A stretch of 54,979 bases of DNA. Source: a bacterium (GTDB lineage Bacteria; Patescibacteriota; Minisyncoccia; UBA6257; UBA9933). The notes under the pieces were generated by a model. That model was given only the letters and a program-made list of their open reading frames with translations. It did not search any database and was not told the DNA's origin. Of the stretch, positions 28,503 through 39,445 are shown one piece after another (position 1 is the first letter of the stretch; every line of letters begins with the position of its first letter). The translations under genes and the position numbers were made by a program. The stretch is taken from contig JAJYHZ010000003.1 in assembly GCA_021796335.1 (NCBI GenBank), positions 1-54,979 on the forward strand, in the 5' to 3' direction.

Positions 28503-29960
28503 ATGAAACCCAAAGCGCTGATAGACATAAAAGGCGCGCATTCTTCAAAAATAAGAAATGCGCAAATCAATTTACGATATTATCGAATAATCAGAATTCC
28601 TTTAAAGTCAATTATAAGCATCGGACTTTTGATTTTTGTGATTGCTTCTTTCTTTAATTCTGTTATAGCTCCTACTAATGGAGATGCTTTTGCGGCACAA
28701 ACGAATGCCGCTGACGAAAGAAAGGCTTTGGAGGCTCAGCTGACTCAGCTGGAAACGCAAATAGATAATTATCAAGGAAAAATCGACCAATATGAGAAAC
28801 AGGGCAGTTCTTTAAAATCGGAAATCAATACTCTTAACGCGAAAATAAGTAAAATAAATCTTCAAATTAAGGCGATAACTTTAACTCTGCAAAAAGTTAA
28901 TTACGATTTATCGGCTACGCAAACTCAGATTGCGACTACGACAAGTCAAATAGATTTAAAAAGACAAGATATATCTCAAATCCTGCAAGCTATTTATCAG
29001 AATGACAACCAGGGATTTTTAACCATTCTTTTAACGCATGCGCAAATTTCAGATTTTTTCAATGAAATGAATCGGTTAAGCAGCGTACAGGATGAATTAA
29101 GATCAAACGTGGAAGATCTGATGAATTTAAATAACCAGCTGTCGGATCAAAAACAATCTTTGGCCTCAGAGAAACAAGATGTAATGAGTTTAAAGACTTA
29201 TCAAGAAGCTCAGATGCAGGCGATTCAGCAAACGAAAAGCGATAAGAATAATTTATTAGCCGTCACAAAAGGGCAGGAATCGAAATATAAGCAAATTTTG
29301 GCAGTAACTCAGCAGACCGCGGCGCAGATAAGGAGCAGAATTTTCCAATTGATCGGCGGCGGGCAATTGAGTTTCGGAGATGCATACAAATTTGCTCAAA
29401 TTGCGGAATCAAAAACAGGAGTAAAAGCATCTTTGATTTTGGCGGTATTAGACAGAGAATCGGCATTAGGGGCAAATGTCGGGAAATGCCGTTATGATAT
29501 AAACCCGTATTATCCGACGCGCGCCAGCAATCCAACCACAATGAGTCCGACCAGGGATATCCCGATTTTTTTGCAGATTACAAGCGCATTGGGATTGGAT
29601 CCGAAGACCACGCTGGTTTCCTGTCCGATTCCAGCCGACGGAGCTTATGGAGGTGCTATGGGACCGGCGCAATTTATTCCTTCTACTTGGGACATATATT
29701 CAGATCGAATTGCATCATTAACAGGCAATAATCCGACTTCGCCATGGAATGACGAGGATGCGTTTATGGCAACCGCTTTATATCTGAAAGATGCCGGAGC
29801 TGCGGGCGGTTCACTTTATGCCGAAAAAGTGGCAGCGGCAAAATATTATGCCGGAGCAAGATGGTATAACTATATGTCAACTTACGGAGCGGCGGTTATT
29901 GACAGGGCTCAGGAATTTGATCAGGATATTGCTACTCTTAACGGGCAAACATCTTCTTGA
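28503..29960 (+). CDS. Coiled-coil protein with C-terminal lytic murein transglycosylase
   Basis: TM, long PcsB-like coiled coil, ES.LG.N.G and GAMGPAQFIPSTW; start uncertain. Confidence 0.85.
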   Translation: MKPKALIDIKGAHSSKIRNAQINLRYYRIIRIPLKSIISIGLLIFVIASFFNSVIAPTNGDAFAAQTNAADERKALEAQLTQLETQIDNYQGKIDQYEKQGSSLKSEINTLNAKISKINLQIKAITLTLQKVNYDLSATQTQIATTTSQIDLKRQDISQILQAIYQNDNQGFLTILLTHAQISDFFNEMNRLSSVQDELRSNVEDLMNLNNQLSDQKQSLASEKQDVMSLKTYQEAQMQAIQQTKSDKNNLLAVTKGQESKYKQILAVTQQTAAQIRSRIFQLIGGGQLSFGDAYKFAQIAESKTGVKASLILAVLDRESALGANVGKCRYDINPYYPTRASNPTTMSPTRDIPIFLQITSALGLDPKTTLVSCPIPADGAYGGAMGPAQFIPSTWDIYSDRIASLTGNNPTSPWNDEDAFMATALYLKDAGAAGGSLYAEKVAAAKYYAGARWYNYMSTYGAAVIDRAQEFDQDIATLNGQTSS

Positions 29961-30052
29961 GATGAAACTAAATCTAATTTTTTATTGAAAACAGCTTTTT
30001 ACAGAAAAAAAATAGATTAAATTTAAAAGGTCGTTTTAAAAATAAAAATATT

Positions 30053-30286
30053 ATGGAATTCATAGAAAAGGAGCACATGGATTCATTCGATAGGAATTCA
30101 TCGGAAGACAGAGAAAAAGGAATAGAAAAGGCTAATAAATTATTTGAGAGTTTAGAGAAATTGAGATATTCGAATTTCGGAACTGTAGAGGGGAAAACTC
30201 TTTTAGCTGTGATGGAACAAAAAGGAGTTAATGAAGAATTATTAAGAGAATTGCGCGATAAGTTGCGGAACTTAAAACCTTTTTAA
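30053..30286 (+). CDS. Hypothetical protein (77 aa)
   Basis: ORF with A/T leader; converges on prfA. Confidence 0.5.
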   Translation: MEFIEKEHMDSFDRNSSEDREKGIEKANKLFESLEKLRYSNFGTVEGKTLLAVMEQKGVNEELLRELRDKLRNLKPF

Positions 30287-31008
30287 TTTCGTTTTTTGAT
30301 TTTATCCAAAATCATGTCCAGGTTTCCTTCAAGCACTTTTTCAATGTTGTGAACTTTTACATTAAAACGGTGATCGGTGATTCTGTCATCCGGGAAATTG
30401 TAAGTCCTGATTTTTTCGCTGCGGTCGGCGGTGCCGATTTGTTCTTTTCTGGCGGCACCCATTTTGGAAATTTCCTGTTGCATTCTCTCATCGTAAATTT
30501 TGGCGCGAAGCATACTCATGGCCGTTTCGCGGTTGGCATGCTGGGAGCGGCCGGCTTGGGAAGCGACAATAACTCCGGTCGGTTTATGGATAATTCTGAC
30601 ACCGGTTTCGACTTTGTTTACATTTTGTCCGCCGGGTCCCGATGACCTAAAAAATGAAATTTCCAAATCCGTCGGATTAATTTGGACTTCTTCGGGTTTT
30701 ACTTCGGGAAGGACAACAACAGAAGCGGTGGAGGTGTGGATGCGGCCAGCTTTTTCAGTTTTTGGAACACGTTGAATGCGATGGACGCCGGATTCCTGTT
30801 TTAAATCATCGTAAATATTTTCTCCTTCCAATTCGGCGATAAAGGTTTTATACCCTTCCAATGTTTCGGCGTTAAAGTCGATAATATCGAATTTCCAGCC
30901 TTTTTTATGGGCATATTTTTGATACATGCGGGCGAGTTCGCCGGCAAAAATAGCGGCTTCATCACCGCCTGCTCCAGCTCTAATTTCAAGAATAATTTTT
31001 TGAATCAT
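30283..31008 (-). CDS. prfA: Peptide chain release factor 1, N-terminally short
   Basis: EIRAGAGGDEA, ESGVHR.QRVPKTE (PxT), GPGGQ, DRSEKIRTYN. Confidence 0.9.
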   Translation of the reverse strand: MIQKIILEIRAGAGGDEAAIFAGELARMYQKYAHKKGWKFDIIDFNAETLEGYKTFIAELEGENIYDDLKQESGVHRIQRVPKTEKAGRIHTSTASVVVLPEVKPEEVQINPTDLEISFFRSSGPGGQNVNKVETGVRIIHKPTGVIVASQAGRSQHANRETAMSMLRAKIYDERMQQEISKMGAARKEQIGTADRSEKIRTYNFPDDRITDHRFNVKVHNIEKVLEGNLDMILDKIKKRN

Positions 31009-31102
31009 ATTAGAACCTTAACAAAAGACTTAATTTTTTTCAATTTTTCTCACATTGCAAAAAGGTTTCTAATTTCTATAATTTTAATTATAATTCTTAT
31101 CA

Positions 31103-31525
31103 ATGGAAAGTATTAAACTGTTTGTTGCCACAAAAGCTTTTATTGTGAATGACGGGAAGGTTTTATTGGTCCGCGAATCAAATAAGTATAAGGATGGAGC
31201 TAATGAGGGCAGATATGATGTGGTTGGGGGGAGAGTTAATCCCGGACAAAGATTTGATGACGGTCTAATTCGTGAGATAAATGAAGAAACGGGTTTAAAT
31301 GTAAAAATTGGAAAGCCATTTTTTGTAAATGAGTGGAGGCCGGTAGTTAGAGGAGAAAAATGGCAAATTGTAGGAGTCTTTTTTGAATGATTTTCGGATT
31401 TAAAAGAAATTAAATTAAGCGAAGATCATGATGGATTTTTGTGGATAGACCCGAAGAAGTATAAAGATTATAATGTAATTAATAATTTAAATCCGGTTTT
31501 TGAATCTTATATAAATAATTTTTAA
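31103..31525 (+). pseudogene. NUDIX hydrolase interrupted by in-frame TGA at 31388-31390
   Basis: GGRV.PG..REINEETGL; frame continues FSDLKEIKLSEDHDGFLWI...NNF* to 31525. Confidence 0.75.
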
Positions 31526-31526
31526 A

Positions 31527-31934
31527 ATGGCATTACTAATTTGGAAAGAAGAATACGGCGTCGGCGTTAAGGAAATAGACGACCAACACAAAAAAATATT
31601 CGGTTTAATAAACAGGCTTTACAGCGCCATGGTTGACTTGAAAGAAGGAGAAGTGATTAACTCAATAGTGGAAGAATTAGTCGGTTATTCCCATTACCAT
31701 TTCGGTCTGGAACAGGAATATTTTGAAAAATTCAATTATCCGGATAAAAAAAGTCACGAAGCGGAACATGAAAAATTCAAAAACGAATTGATTCATTTTC
31801 AAAAAGATATTAATGATAAAGTGGAAATTTTACCGCGGGAAGTTTTGACTTTTCTGGAAGATTGGTGGGTAAAGCATATAAACGGAACCGATAAAAAATA
31901 CACGGAATTTTTCCATGAACACGGGTTGTATTAA
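31527..31934 (+). CDS. Bacteriohemerythrin
   Basis: W...Y.VG..EID.QH, HF..E, H..EH, HI..TD. Confidence 0.93.
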   Translation: MALLIWKEEYGVGVKEIDDQHKKIFGLINRLYSAMVDLKEGEVINSIVEELVGYSHYHFGLEQEYFEKFNYPDKKSHEAEHEKFKNELIHFQKDINDKVEILPREVLTFLEDWWVKHINGTDKKYTEFFHEHGLY

Positions 31935-31938
31935 CTGG

Positions 31939-31966
31939 AAGTCCGCTTAAAAAAAGCGGACTTTTT
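31939..31966 (+). terminator. Intrinsic terminator
   Basis: aagtccgctt-aaaaa-aagcggactt-ttt. Confidence 0.65.
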
Positions 31967-31984
31967 AATTTTTAATTATATTAA

Positions 31985-32452
31985 ATGGATAAAAAGGGAA
32001 AAATCATAGATCGGGCTTTTGATATCGGGGTCATTTTGAAAGGAATTGACGGATTTATTGAGATCATCGGCGGGATGCTTCTGTTTTTTATTTCCCCTGC
32101 GCAAATCAACAGCTTTATTCTGTTGATAGCTCAGCACGAGTTAAGTCAGGATCCCAAAGACATTTTGTTTAATTTTTTGATAAAAGCCAGCCAGCAGTTG
32201 TCGGTAAAAGCAGAAATTTTTACAGCCATCTATTTTCTGACTCATGGGATCATAAAAGTCGGTTTGATTGCGGCACTTCTGGGGAAAAAACTCTGGGCGT
32301 ATCCGACAGCAATAATTTTCTTTACAGCTTTCGGAGTTTACCAGATTTACCGTTATTTTTATTCTCATGCGGTTTCAATGTTGATTTTGACCGTATTCGA
32401 TATAGTTATTATTGTTTTGACATGGATGGAGTACAAAAGGATTAAAATATAG
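31985..32452 (+). CDS. DUF2127-like membrane protein
   Basis: LKG.DG..E..GG, HEL..DP.D, Y...HG..K, WAYP. Confidence 0.75.
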   Translation: MDKKGKIIDRAFDIGVILKGIDGFIEIIGGMLLFFISPAQINSFILLIAQHELSQDPKDILFNFLIKASQQLSVKAEIFTAIYFLTHGIIKVGLIAALLGKKLWAYPTAIIFFTAFGVYQIYRYFYSHAVSMLILTVFDIVIIVLTWMEYKRIKI

Positions 32453-32630
32453 AATTTAGGATATAGGATTTAGGAAATGAAAGGGCGTGGATAACTCCTA
32501 TTGCGGATATATATACTTATATATTTACTTATTTTAAAGCCGGAAAAATATTTACTGAGCTTATCGAAGTTTTAATTTAAAACTTTTAAACCTTTCGACT
32601 TCGCTCAGAGAATAAAAAATTTTTATAATT

Positions 32631-32924
32631 ATGGAAAAATACGAACCATCAAATGAGGAAATTAAAAAGGCGGAGGAGGGGATAATAGGCGAAGGAGAGG
32701 GGATAAGCAAGAATAGAGAACAAATTATTGAAGCAATGAAAAATTTAAAGGTAGAAGCAGAAAAAACCAAAGGTTGTTCCGGTGGCTGGAACTATGTTAT
32801 ATCGCCACTTCCTTATTTTGGAAAATTGAGAGAAACTGCTGGTGGAGTAAAACCAACTGAATCAGATATACAACGAGTTATTAAACAAACCCAAGAAGGT
32901 CTTGAACGAGCACTCGCGGTTTAA
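32631..32924 (+). CDS. Hypothetical protein
   Basis: 97-aa ORF beginning MEKYEPSNEEIKKAEE. Confidence 0.55.
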   Translation: MEKYEPSNEEIKKAEEGIIGEGEGISKNREQIIEAMKNLKVEAEKTKGCSGGWNYVISPLPYFGKLRETAGGVKPTESDIQRVIKQTQEGLERALAV

Positions 32925-33270
32925 TGTAGAAGAATTAAACAAAAAATCATTTATTCCTAAGAAATATAAAGAGTATCCTGGAATAGAATGGTTTACGCAT
33001 CTTCCGAAGGATATAATTAAAACAACAGACAGTTTTGGAGAAGTTTTTATAATTGCCCCTGGACATGCCATAGATGACGTGGCAATACATGATAAAAATT
33101 TTGTTGTTAAAAAAGGAGAAACACTATTTTCTTCAGAAAGAGCCCCAAAAGGCGATTTTAATTATCGAATAATATTTTGGGGAGTTCCTGAGGATGATAT
33201 TCGCATTCATCGTTTCCATGCGGATGTTACACATGATCGAGTTGCTTATATAGATCCAGTTGAAAAGTAA
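32902..33270 (+). CDS. Hypothetical protein (may be the frameshifted continuation of the preceding ORF)
   Basis: TTG start overlapping the previous ORF by 23 nt; followed by a terminator. Confidence 0.5.
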   Translation: MNEHSRFNVEELNKKSFIPKKYKEYPGIEWFTHLPKDIIKTTDSFGEVFIIAPGHAIDDVAIHDKNFVVKKGETLFSSERAPKGDFNYRIIFWGVPEDDIRIHRFHADVTHDRVAYIDPVEK

Positions 33271-33300
33271 ATCAGAAAACGCCTCAGGCGTTTTCTGATT
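33270..33300. terminator. Bidirectional terminator hairpin
   Basis: aatcagaaaacgcct-c-aggcgttttctgatt. Confidence 0.7.
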
Positions 33301-33356
33301 GGATAGGATTCTTCTCCCGCTAAGCGGGATCAGAATGGCAAATTAAAATTGTTTTT

Positions 33357-33815
33357 TTAATTGTTAATTATCTTGATTATTATAAATTCTTTTTTGTTTG
33401 TGCCAATTAGGCCAATGCGTTTTTCTCCGGATTTGGCACCCATTAAAATTTTCCCCAAGGGGGAATTATAAGAAATTGCTTTTCCGTCCGCAATAAAATA
33501 ACTTCCAATTTTTATATTTAGTTCTCTGTGTGATTCATCTTTATAAATAACTATACTGCCGATTCCAACTTTTCTACCTTTTGCCGGAGAAATTACCGCA
33601 GCTTTTCTTTTTATCTCTAATAATTCAGAAATGTTGCTGGCTAATTGATTTATTCGTCGAACACCTTCTTCAAAACCGAAATTGTCATGCCAGGTTTCCG
33701 AGGATTGGGTGGTGGCAAGGTGCTTGTCTTTTTGCGCTTCTTTTAATTTATTTTGTAATTTCGAAATAATTCTGTTCAGTTTTTCCAGATCTTTTTTTAA
33801 GAAATAGTAGTTCAT
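33357..33815 (-). CDS. GreA/GreB-family transcription factor paralog
   Basis: N-terminal coiled coil with tip SETWHDNFGFE; V.IGS.V, IS.NSPLG..L.G...GE. Confidence 0.8.
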   Translation of the reverse strand: MNYYFLKKDLEKLNRIISKLQNKLKEAQKDKHLATTQSSETWHDNFGFEEGVRRINQLASNISELLEIKRKAAVISPAKGRKVGIGSIVIYKDESHRELNIKIGSYFIADGKAISYNSPLGKILMGAKSGEKRIGLIGTNKKEFIIIKIINN

Positions 33816-33907
33816 AAATTTTATTTTTGCCTACTATCACGCGTGATAGTAAACTTAAAATAATTTTTGTCAGTATTAATGGGGAATATCATTCGACTTT
33901 ATAATTT

Positions 33908-33932
33908 AAAAGGACCCGTTTGGGGTCCTTTT
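33908..33932 (-). terminator. Terminator after rpmE
   Basis: aaaaggaccc-gtttg-gggtcctttt. Confidence 0.7.
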
Positions 33933-33935
33933 GGT

Positions 33936-34199
33936 TTACTTTATTTTCTTTGCTTTTTTTGCCGCTTTTTTCTCCGTTTTTTTTCTGACGGTAATCTTTG
34001 CTCCTTTTTCTTTTCTGGCTTTGAATTTTTCAACGCGTCCGGCAGTGTCAACCAGCTTTTCTTTCCCAGTGTAAAACGGATGGCACTTGTAGCAAATTTC
34101 AACACGAAGCTCTTTTTTGGTTGAGCCTACTGTAAATTCGTTGCCGCAGGCACAATGCACTTTGGCTTGATGATATTCTGGATGAATTCCTTTTTTCAT
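33936..34199 (-). CDS. rpmE: 50S ribosomal protein L31
   Basis: [27 protein letters not shown]. Confidence 0.97.
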   Translation of the reverse strand: MKKGIHPEYHQAKVHCACGNEFTVGSTKKELRVEICYKCHPFYTGKEKLVDTAGRVEKFKARKEKGAKITVRKKTEKKAAKKAKKIK

Positions 34200-34310
34200 T
34201 TAATCGCGAATAATCACAAATTTGAACACAAATATCACGAATGTATATTTGTGAAATTTGCGACTTATTTATGTAAATTAGTGGAACAATTGTAGCAACA
34301 ATTGATACGC

Positions 34311-34338
34311 TTGACAAGAGGTTTGAGATGGCTATAAT
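34311..34338 (+). promoter_or_regulatory. rRNA promoter
   Basis: TTGACA-16nt-TATAAT about 215 nt upstream of 16S. Confidence 0.8.
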
Positions 34339-34552
34339 AATTTTATGCACGGTGAGGATTAAAAAAGATTAAGATTGAACATCCGAAATCAACATCTACC
34401 GTCCTAAGATTGGTGGATGTTTTAATTCACTTGTGCTGCACATTTAAAAATCGAGTAATAAATTGACCTATTCTATTCAGAATTTTTTTAGTTATCCCGA
34501 TATTTCATAGAGGTGGATTAACGTCGATTTCAATCTACGTTGATCTGTCTCT

Positions 34553-36070
<1,518 letters not shown>

Positions 36071-36325
36071 ACTATTCAAGTGTCGTTCATCTTGTCGAAG
36101 ACAAGATCGCGGAAGGGCGCGAATAAAACGCGGACTGACGCGGAAAATTAAAAATTCCGCGTAGGTCTGTAATAAGTTTGCGTAAGTCAGCGTTCTCGCC
36201 TTCGACGAGATAGAAGGTGTTGATCGTGGAGCCTTTAAGTCACGATTTCGGGATGACTGAAAAAGTTCTGAAGGTTAAATTATATAGAAATAAGCACAAA
36301 TATTTGCGTTATAAACGCAAAAATA

Positions 36326-36357
36326 AAAGACCCCTTTCATTTTGAGGGGTTTTTTAT
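36326..36357 (+). terminator. Terminator after 16S
   Basis: aaagacccct-ttcattttg-aggggtttttt. Confidence 0.7.
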
Positions 36358-36406
36358 TAGAATTTAATTTAAGCTTTATAATTAAGTTTCGATTTTTAAA
36401 TTAATT

Positions 36407-36787
36407 ATGAAAATTTTATTGGTTGAAGATGATCCGTTTTTGTCTTCGCTTTTGAAAAATCGATTACAGAAAGAGGGGCTGGAAATTCTTTTGGCGCGGG
36501 ATGGAGAAGAGGCTATGAATTTTTTGAGAACGGCCGATCCGAATTTGGTTTTGCTGGATCTTATCCTTCCGAAGAAATCGGGTTTCGAAGTTATGGAGGA
36601 AATAAAATTAGATCCGCAAATCAGGAATAAAAATATTCCGATAATAGTTATCTCTAATTTGGGGCAGGAGGAGGATATTATAAAGGGAAAGCAGCTGGGG
36701 GCGATCGAATACTTTATAAAAGCGAAAACTTCAATCGATGATCTGGTTACAAAGATAAAAGAGTTTTTAACACAAAAAACCGCATAG
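36407..36787 (+). CDS. Single-domain response regulator (CheY-like)
   Basis: ILLVEDD, LLDLILP, SN, GA..Y.IK. Confidence 0.93.
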   Translation: MKILLVEDDPFLSSLLKNRLQKEGLEILLARDGEEAMNFLRTADPNLVLLDLILPKKSGFEVMEEIKLDPQIRNKNIPIIVISNLGQEEDIIKGKQLGAIEYFIKAKTSIDDLVTKIKEFLTQKTA

Positions 36788-36821
36788 CCGGTTTTTTTGT
36801 GAATTGTGATAGCCGGAGGAA

Positions 36822-36830
36822 TTATCCACA
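36822..36830 (+). promoter_or_regulatory. Consensus DnaA box upstream of pilin gene
   Basis: TTATCCACA. Confidence 0.4.
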
Positions 36831-36918
36831 TTTATTTAAGTGTAATCTTTATGTATAATAATTATCAAAATTTGAGGAAAGGTCGAAGGGAATTTGAGCG
36901 GGAAAATTTTTTATAAAA

Positions 36919-37488
36919 ATGATTAATCAAAGAAAATCGGACGAAGTTTTGGCAAAGGGATTTACATTACTAGAACTTTTGATAGTTATCGCGATTTTGG
37001 CAATTCTGGCGACCGCAGTTGTTCTGGTTTTGAATCCGGCCCAATATTTGGCTCAGAGCCGAGATACGCAAAGGATGAACGATCTGGATACGGTAAAAAA
37101 TGCGATAAATTTGTATTTGGCTACGGCAACGAGCGTAAGCTGGACGCCGGTTACTTCTTGTGATCTTTCGGCGGTTGCTTCATGTACTAATCCTCCGACT
37201 GGCTGGACAATTGGTAGCGCAAGCACAAGCACGGCTATCAACGGCACGGGTTGGATAAATGTTCCGTTTAACGCATTACCTAACGGTTCTCCGCTGTCCA
37301 AACTTCCGTTGGATCCGGTAAACGGAATATCGGGAGGCGTTACATATTATTACGGATATAAGAGTTCGGCATCGCAAACGTTTAAATTAGTGGGAAAATT
37401 GGAAAGCTCCAAGTACAGTCCGCTTATGTCGACTGACGGAGGAACCGATAATAATTGGTATGAGGTTGGAACAGATATGAGTCTTTAA
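36919..37488 (+). CDS. Type IV pilin (probable major pilin)
   Basis: Class III signal G|FTLLELLIVIAI; RD..R..DL; LP.DP; own terminator. Confidence 0.92.
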   Translation: MINQRKSDEVLAKGFTLLELLIVIAILAILATAVVLVLNPAQYLAQSRDTQRMNDLDTVKNAINLYLATATSVSWTPVTSCDLSAVASCTNPPTGWTIGSASTSTAINGTGWINVPFNALPNGSPLSKLPLDPVNGISGGVTYYYGYKSSASQTFKLVGKLESSKYSPLMSTDGGTDNNWYEVGTDMSL

Positions 37489-37497
37489 TTAAACTTT

Positions 37498-37525
37498 AAA
37501 AACGTCCCTTAAAGGGGCGTTTTTG
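37498..37525 (+). terminator. Terminator after pilin
   Basis: aaaacgtccct-taa-aggggcgtttt. Confidence 0.7.
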
Positions 37526-37656
37526 ATTGCGTGAAAAATTTAGTGATTGTATAATAACTAACGAGTAGGCATGAATCACCAGCCTGATAAAAACAAATGC
37601 GAATTAGCACTAAAAATATATTCGTGATTGACAGTAATTTATTTTCGTAAATTTTT

Positions 37657-39369
37657 ATGTTGCAACTTCCGCCGGAAAAACTGAAAGAAATATTATTAAA
37701 TGAAAATCTCGTCAGTTCCGATAAATTCGATGAGATTTTAAAAGAATCGGAAAGGCTGAACCAAAGAATTGAAGATATCTTGGTTTCCAAGGGAATTATT
37801 TCTTTTGACTATCTTTATAATTTGCTCTCAAATTATTTGGGAGTCCCTTTGATTGATCTGGGAGCGAGCGGAGCCATCGATGAATCGGTTTTGAACAAGT
37901 TAAGTCTGGATTTGGCAAGGCAAAAAAAGGTCATTATTTTCAAAAACGAGGGAGACGGGGAAATCGGAGCGGCGATGGAAGATCCGAGCGATTTGAAAAC
38001 CATCGAATTTTTAGAGCGGCATTTAAAAGCAAGAATCAGGCCGTATTTGGCCAAGCCGAGCGACCTGGAAAAAGGTTTCGCGATTTACAACAGGGAATTG
38101 ACGGAAGATTTCAAAAAGATCATCGAGGAAAACATCAAGAATAGCCTTCAGATCAAGAACGAAAAAATAGAACAAGTGGCGATGACCGTCCCTATTGTGG
38201 CAATTGTCGATAATTTCATCTCATACGCCAATTCTTTAAAAGCTTCGGATATTCACATCGAGGTGCTGGATGACACTGTTTTGGTGCGATTTCGAATCGA
38301 TGGGATTCTGCATGAAATAACCAAAATTCCGAAAGAAATCGATGCTTCGATATTGGCGCGTATAAAACTTTTGGCGGGACTCAAAATCGACGAGCATTAC
38401 AAACCGCAGGATGGTCGTTTTAAATTTACGGCGGGAGAAGAAAAAATCGACGTGCGCGTTTCGATAATGCCGACGCTTTACGGTGAGAAAACCGAAATGC
38501 GTTTATTACCGGCTGCGCAAAAACCGCTTTCACTGCAGGAAATTGGGATGCTGGACGATATGGCCGATACCATCAGAGAAAATTTGAAAAAAAGTTTCGG
38601 AATGCTCTTAATTTGCGGCCCGACTGGATCCGGAAAAACGACAACTTTGTATTCGATTTTAAATATAATCAATAAACCGGAGGTCAATATAGTTACTATA
38701 GAAGATCCGATTGAATACAACATCAAATACGTGAATCAAACCCAGATTAATCCGCAAGCCGGAATAACTTTCGCAAACGCGCTTCGTGCGTTCCTGAGGC
38801 AGGATCCGAATATCATCATGGTCGGTGAAATCCGCGACGAAGAAACCGCGGAAATTTCCGTGCATGCCGCTTTGACTGGGCATTTGCTTTTATCAAGCTT
38901 GCACACGAACAATTCCGCCTCGGTCATTCCGAGATTGGTTGATATGAAAGTTCCGCCTTTTTTGATTTCCGCCGTTTTGAATGTGGCGATGGCGCAAAGA
39001 TTGGTTAGAAAAATCTGCCTGAATTGCATTGAATCCGTAACGCCCACTCCGGAAATAATTCAAGGCATACAGAAACAAGCCGAAGAAATGGGATTGTCAA
39101 ATAAAGTCAATCCCCCGAAAATTTTATTCCATGGAAAGGGATGTTCGGTTTGCAACGGAACCGGTTATCAGGGAAGAATCGGGATTTTTGAGATTTTAAG
39201 CGTGGATAACGACGTAAGGGAATTAATAAACAGCCCGGAATTTTCTCTGGATGACTTGGATAATTTGTTAAAAAAGAAGGGAATGACTACAATGTTTGAA
39301 GACGGCTTTCGAAAGGCCGAATTGGGGATGACAACAATCGAAGAAGTGTTCAGGGTTATAAGAGAATAA
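37657..39369 (+). CDS. pilB: Type IV pilus assembly ATPase PilB/GspE
   Basis: ASDIHIE, PQDGR, GPTGSGKTTT, EDPIEY, LRQDP..IMVGEIRD, tetracysteine motif. Confidence 0.95.
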   Translation: MLQLPPEKLKEILLNENLVSSDKFDEILKESERLNQRIEDILVSKGIISFDYLYNLLSNYLGVPLIDLGASGAIDESVLNKLSLDLARQKKVIIFKNEGDGEIGAAMEDPSDLKTIEFLERHLKARIRPYLAKPSDLEKGFAIYNRELTEDFKKIIEENIKNSLQIKNEKIEQVAMTVPIVAIVDNFISYANSLKASDIHIEVLDDTVLVRFRIDGILHEITKIPKEIDASILARIKLLAGLKIDEHYKPQDGRFKFTAGEEKIDVRVSIMPTLYGEKTEMRLLPAAQKPLSLQEIGMLDDMADTIRENLKKSFGMLLICGPTGSGKTTTLYSILNIINKPEVNIVTIEDPIEYNIKYVNQTQINPQAGITFANALRAFLRQDPNIIMVGEIRDEETAEISVHAALTGHLLLSSLHTNNSASVIPRLVDMKVPPFLISAVLNVAMAQRLVRKICLNCIESVTPTPEIIQGIQKQAEEMGLSNKVNPPKILFHGKGCSVCNGTGYQGRIGIFEILSVDNDVRELINSPEFSLDDLDNLLKKKGMTTMFEDGFRKAELGMTTIEEVFRVIRE

Positions 39370-39445
39370 AATAAGTTCATAGTCTTTAGTATTCGGATTT
39401 TAATTAAAACTTAAGATTAACAACTAATTACTAATAACTATTCAG

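Noticed and set aside
31388-31390. Genome-wide TGA recoding (genetic code 25)
   Set aside because: TGA ends intact genes such as lepB (19690) and the MGMT gene (12949), and conserved genes contain no internal TGA
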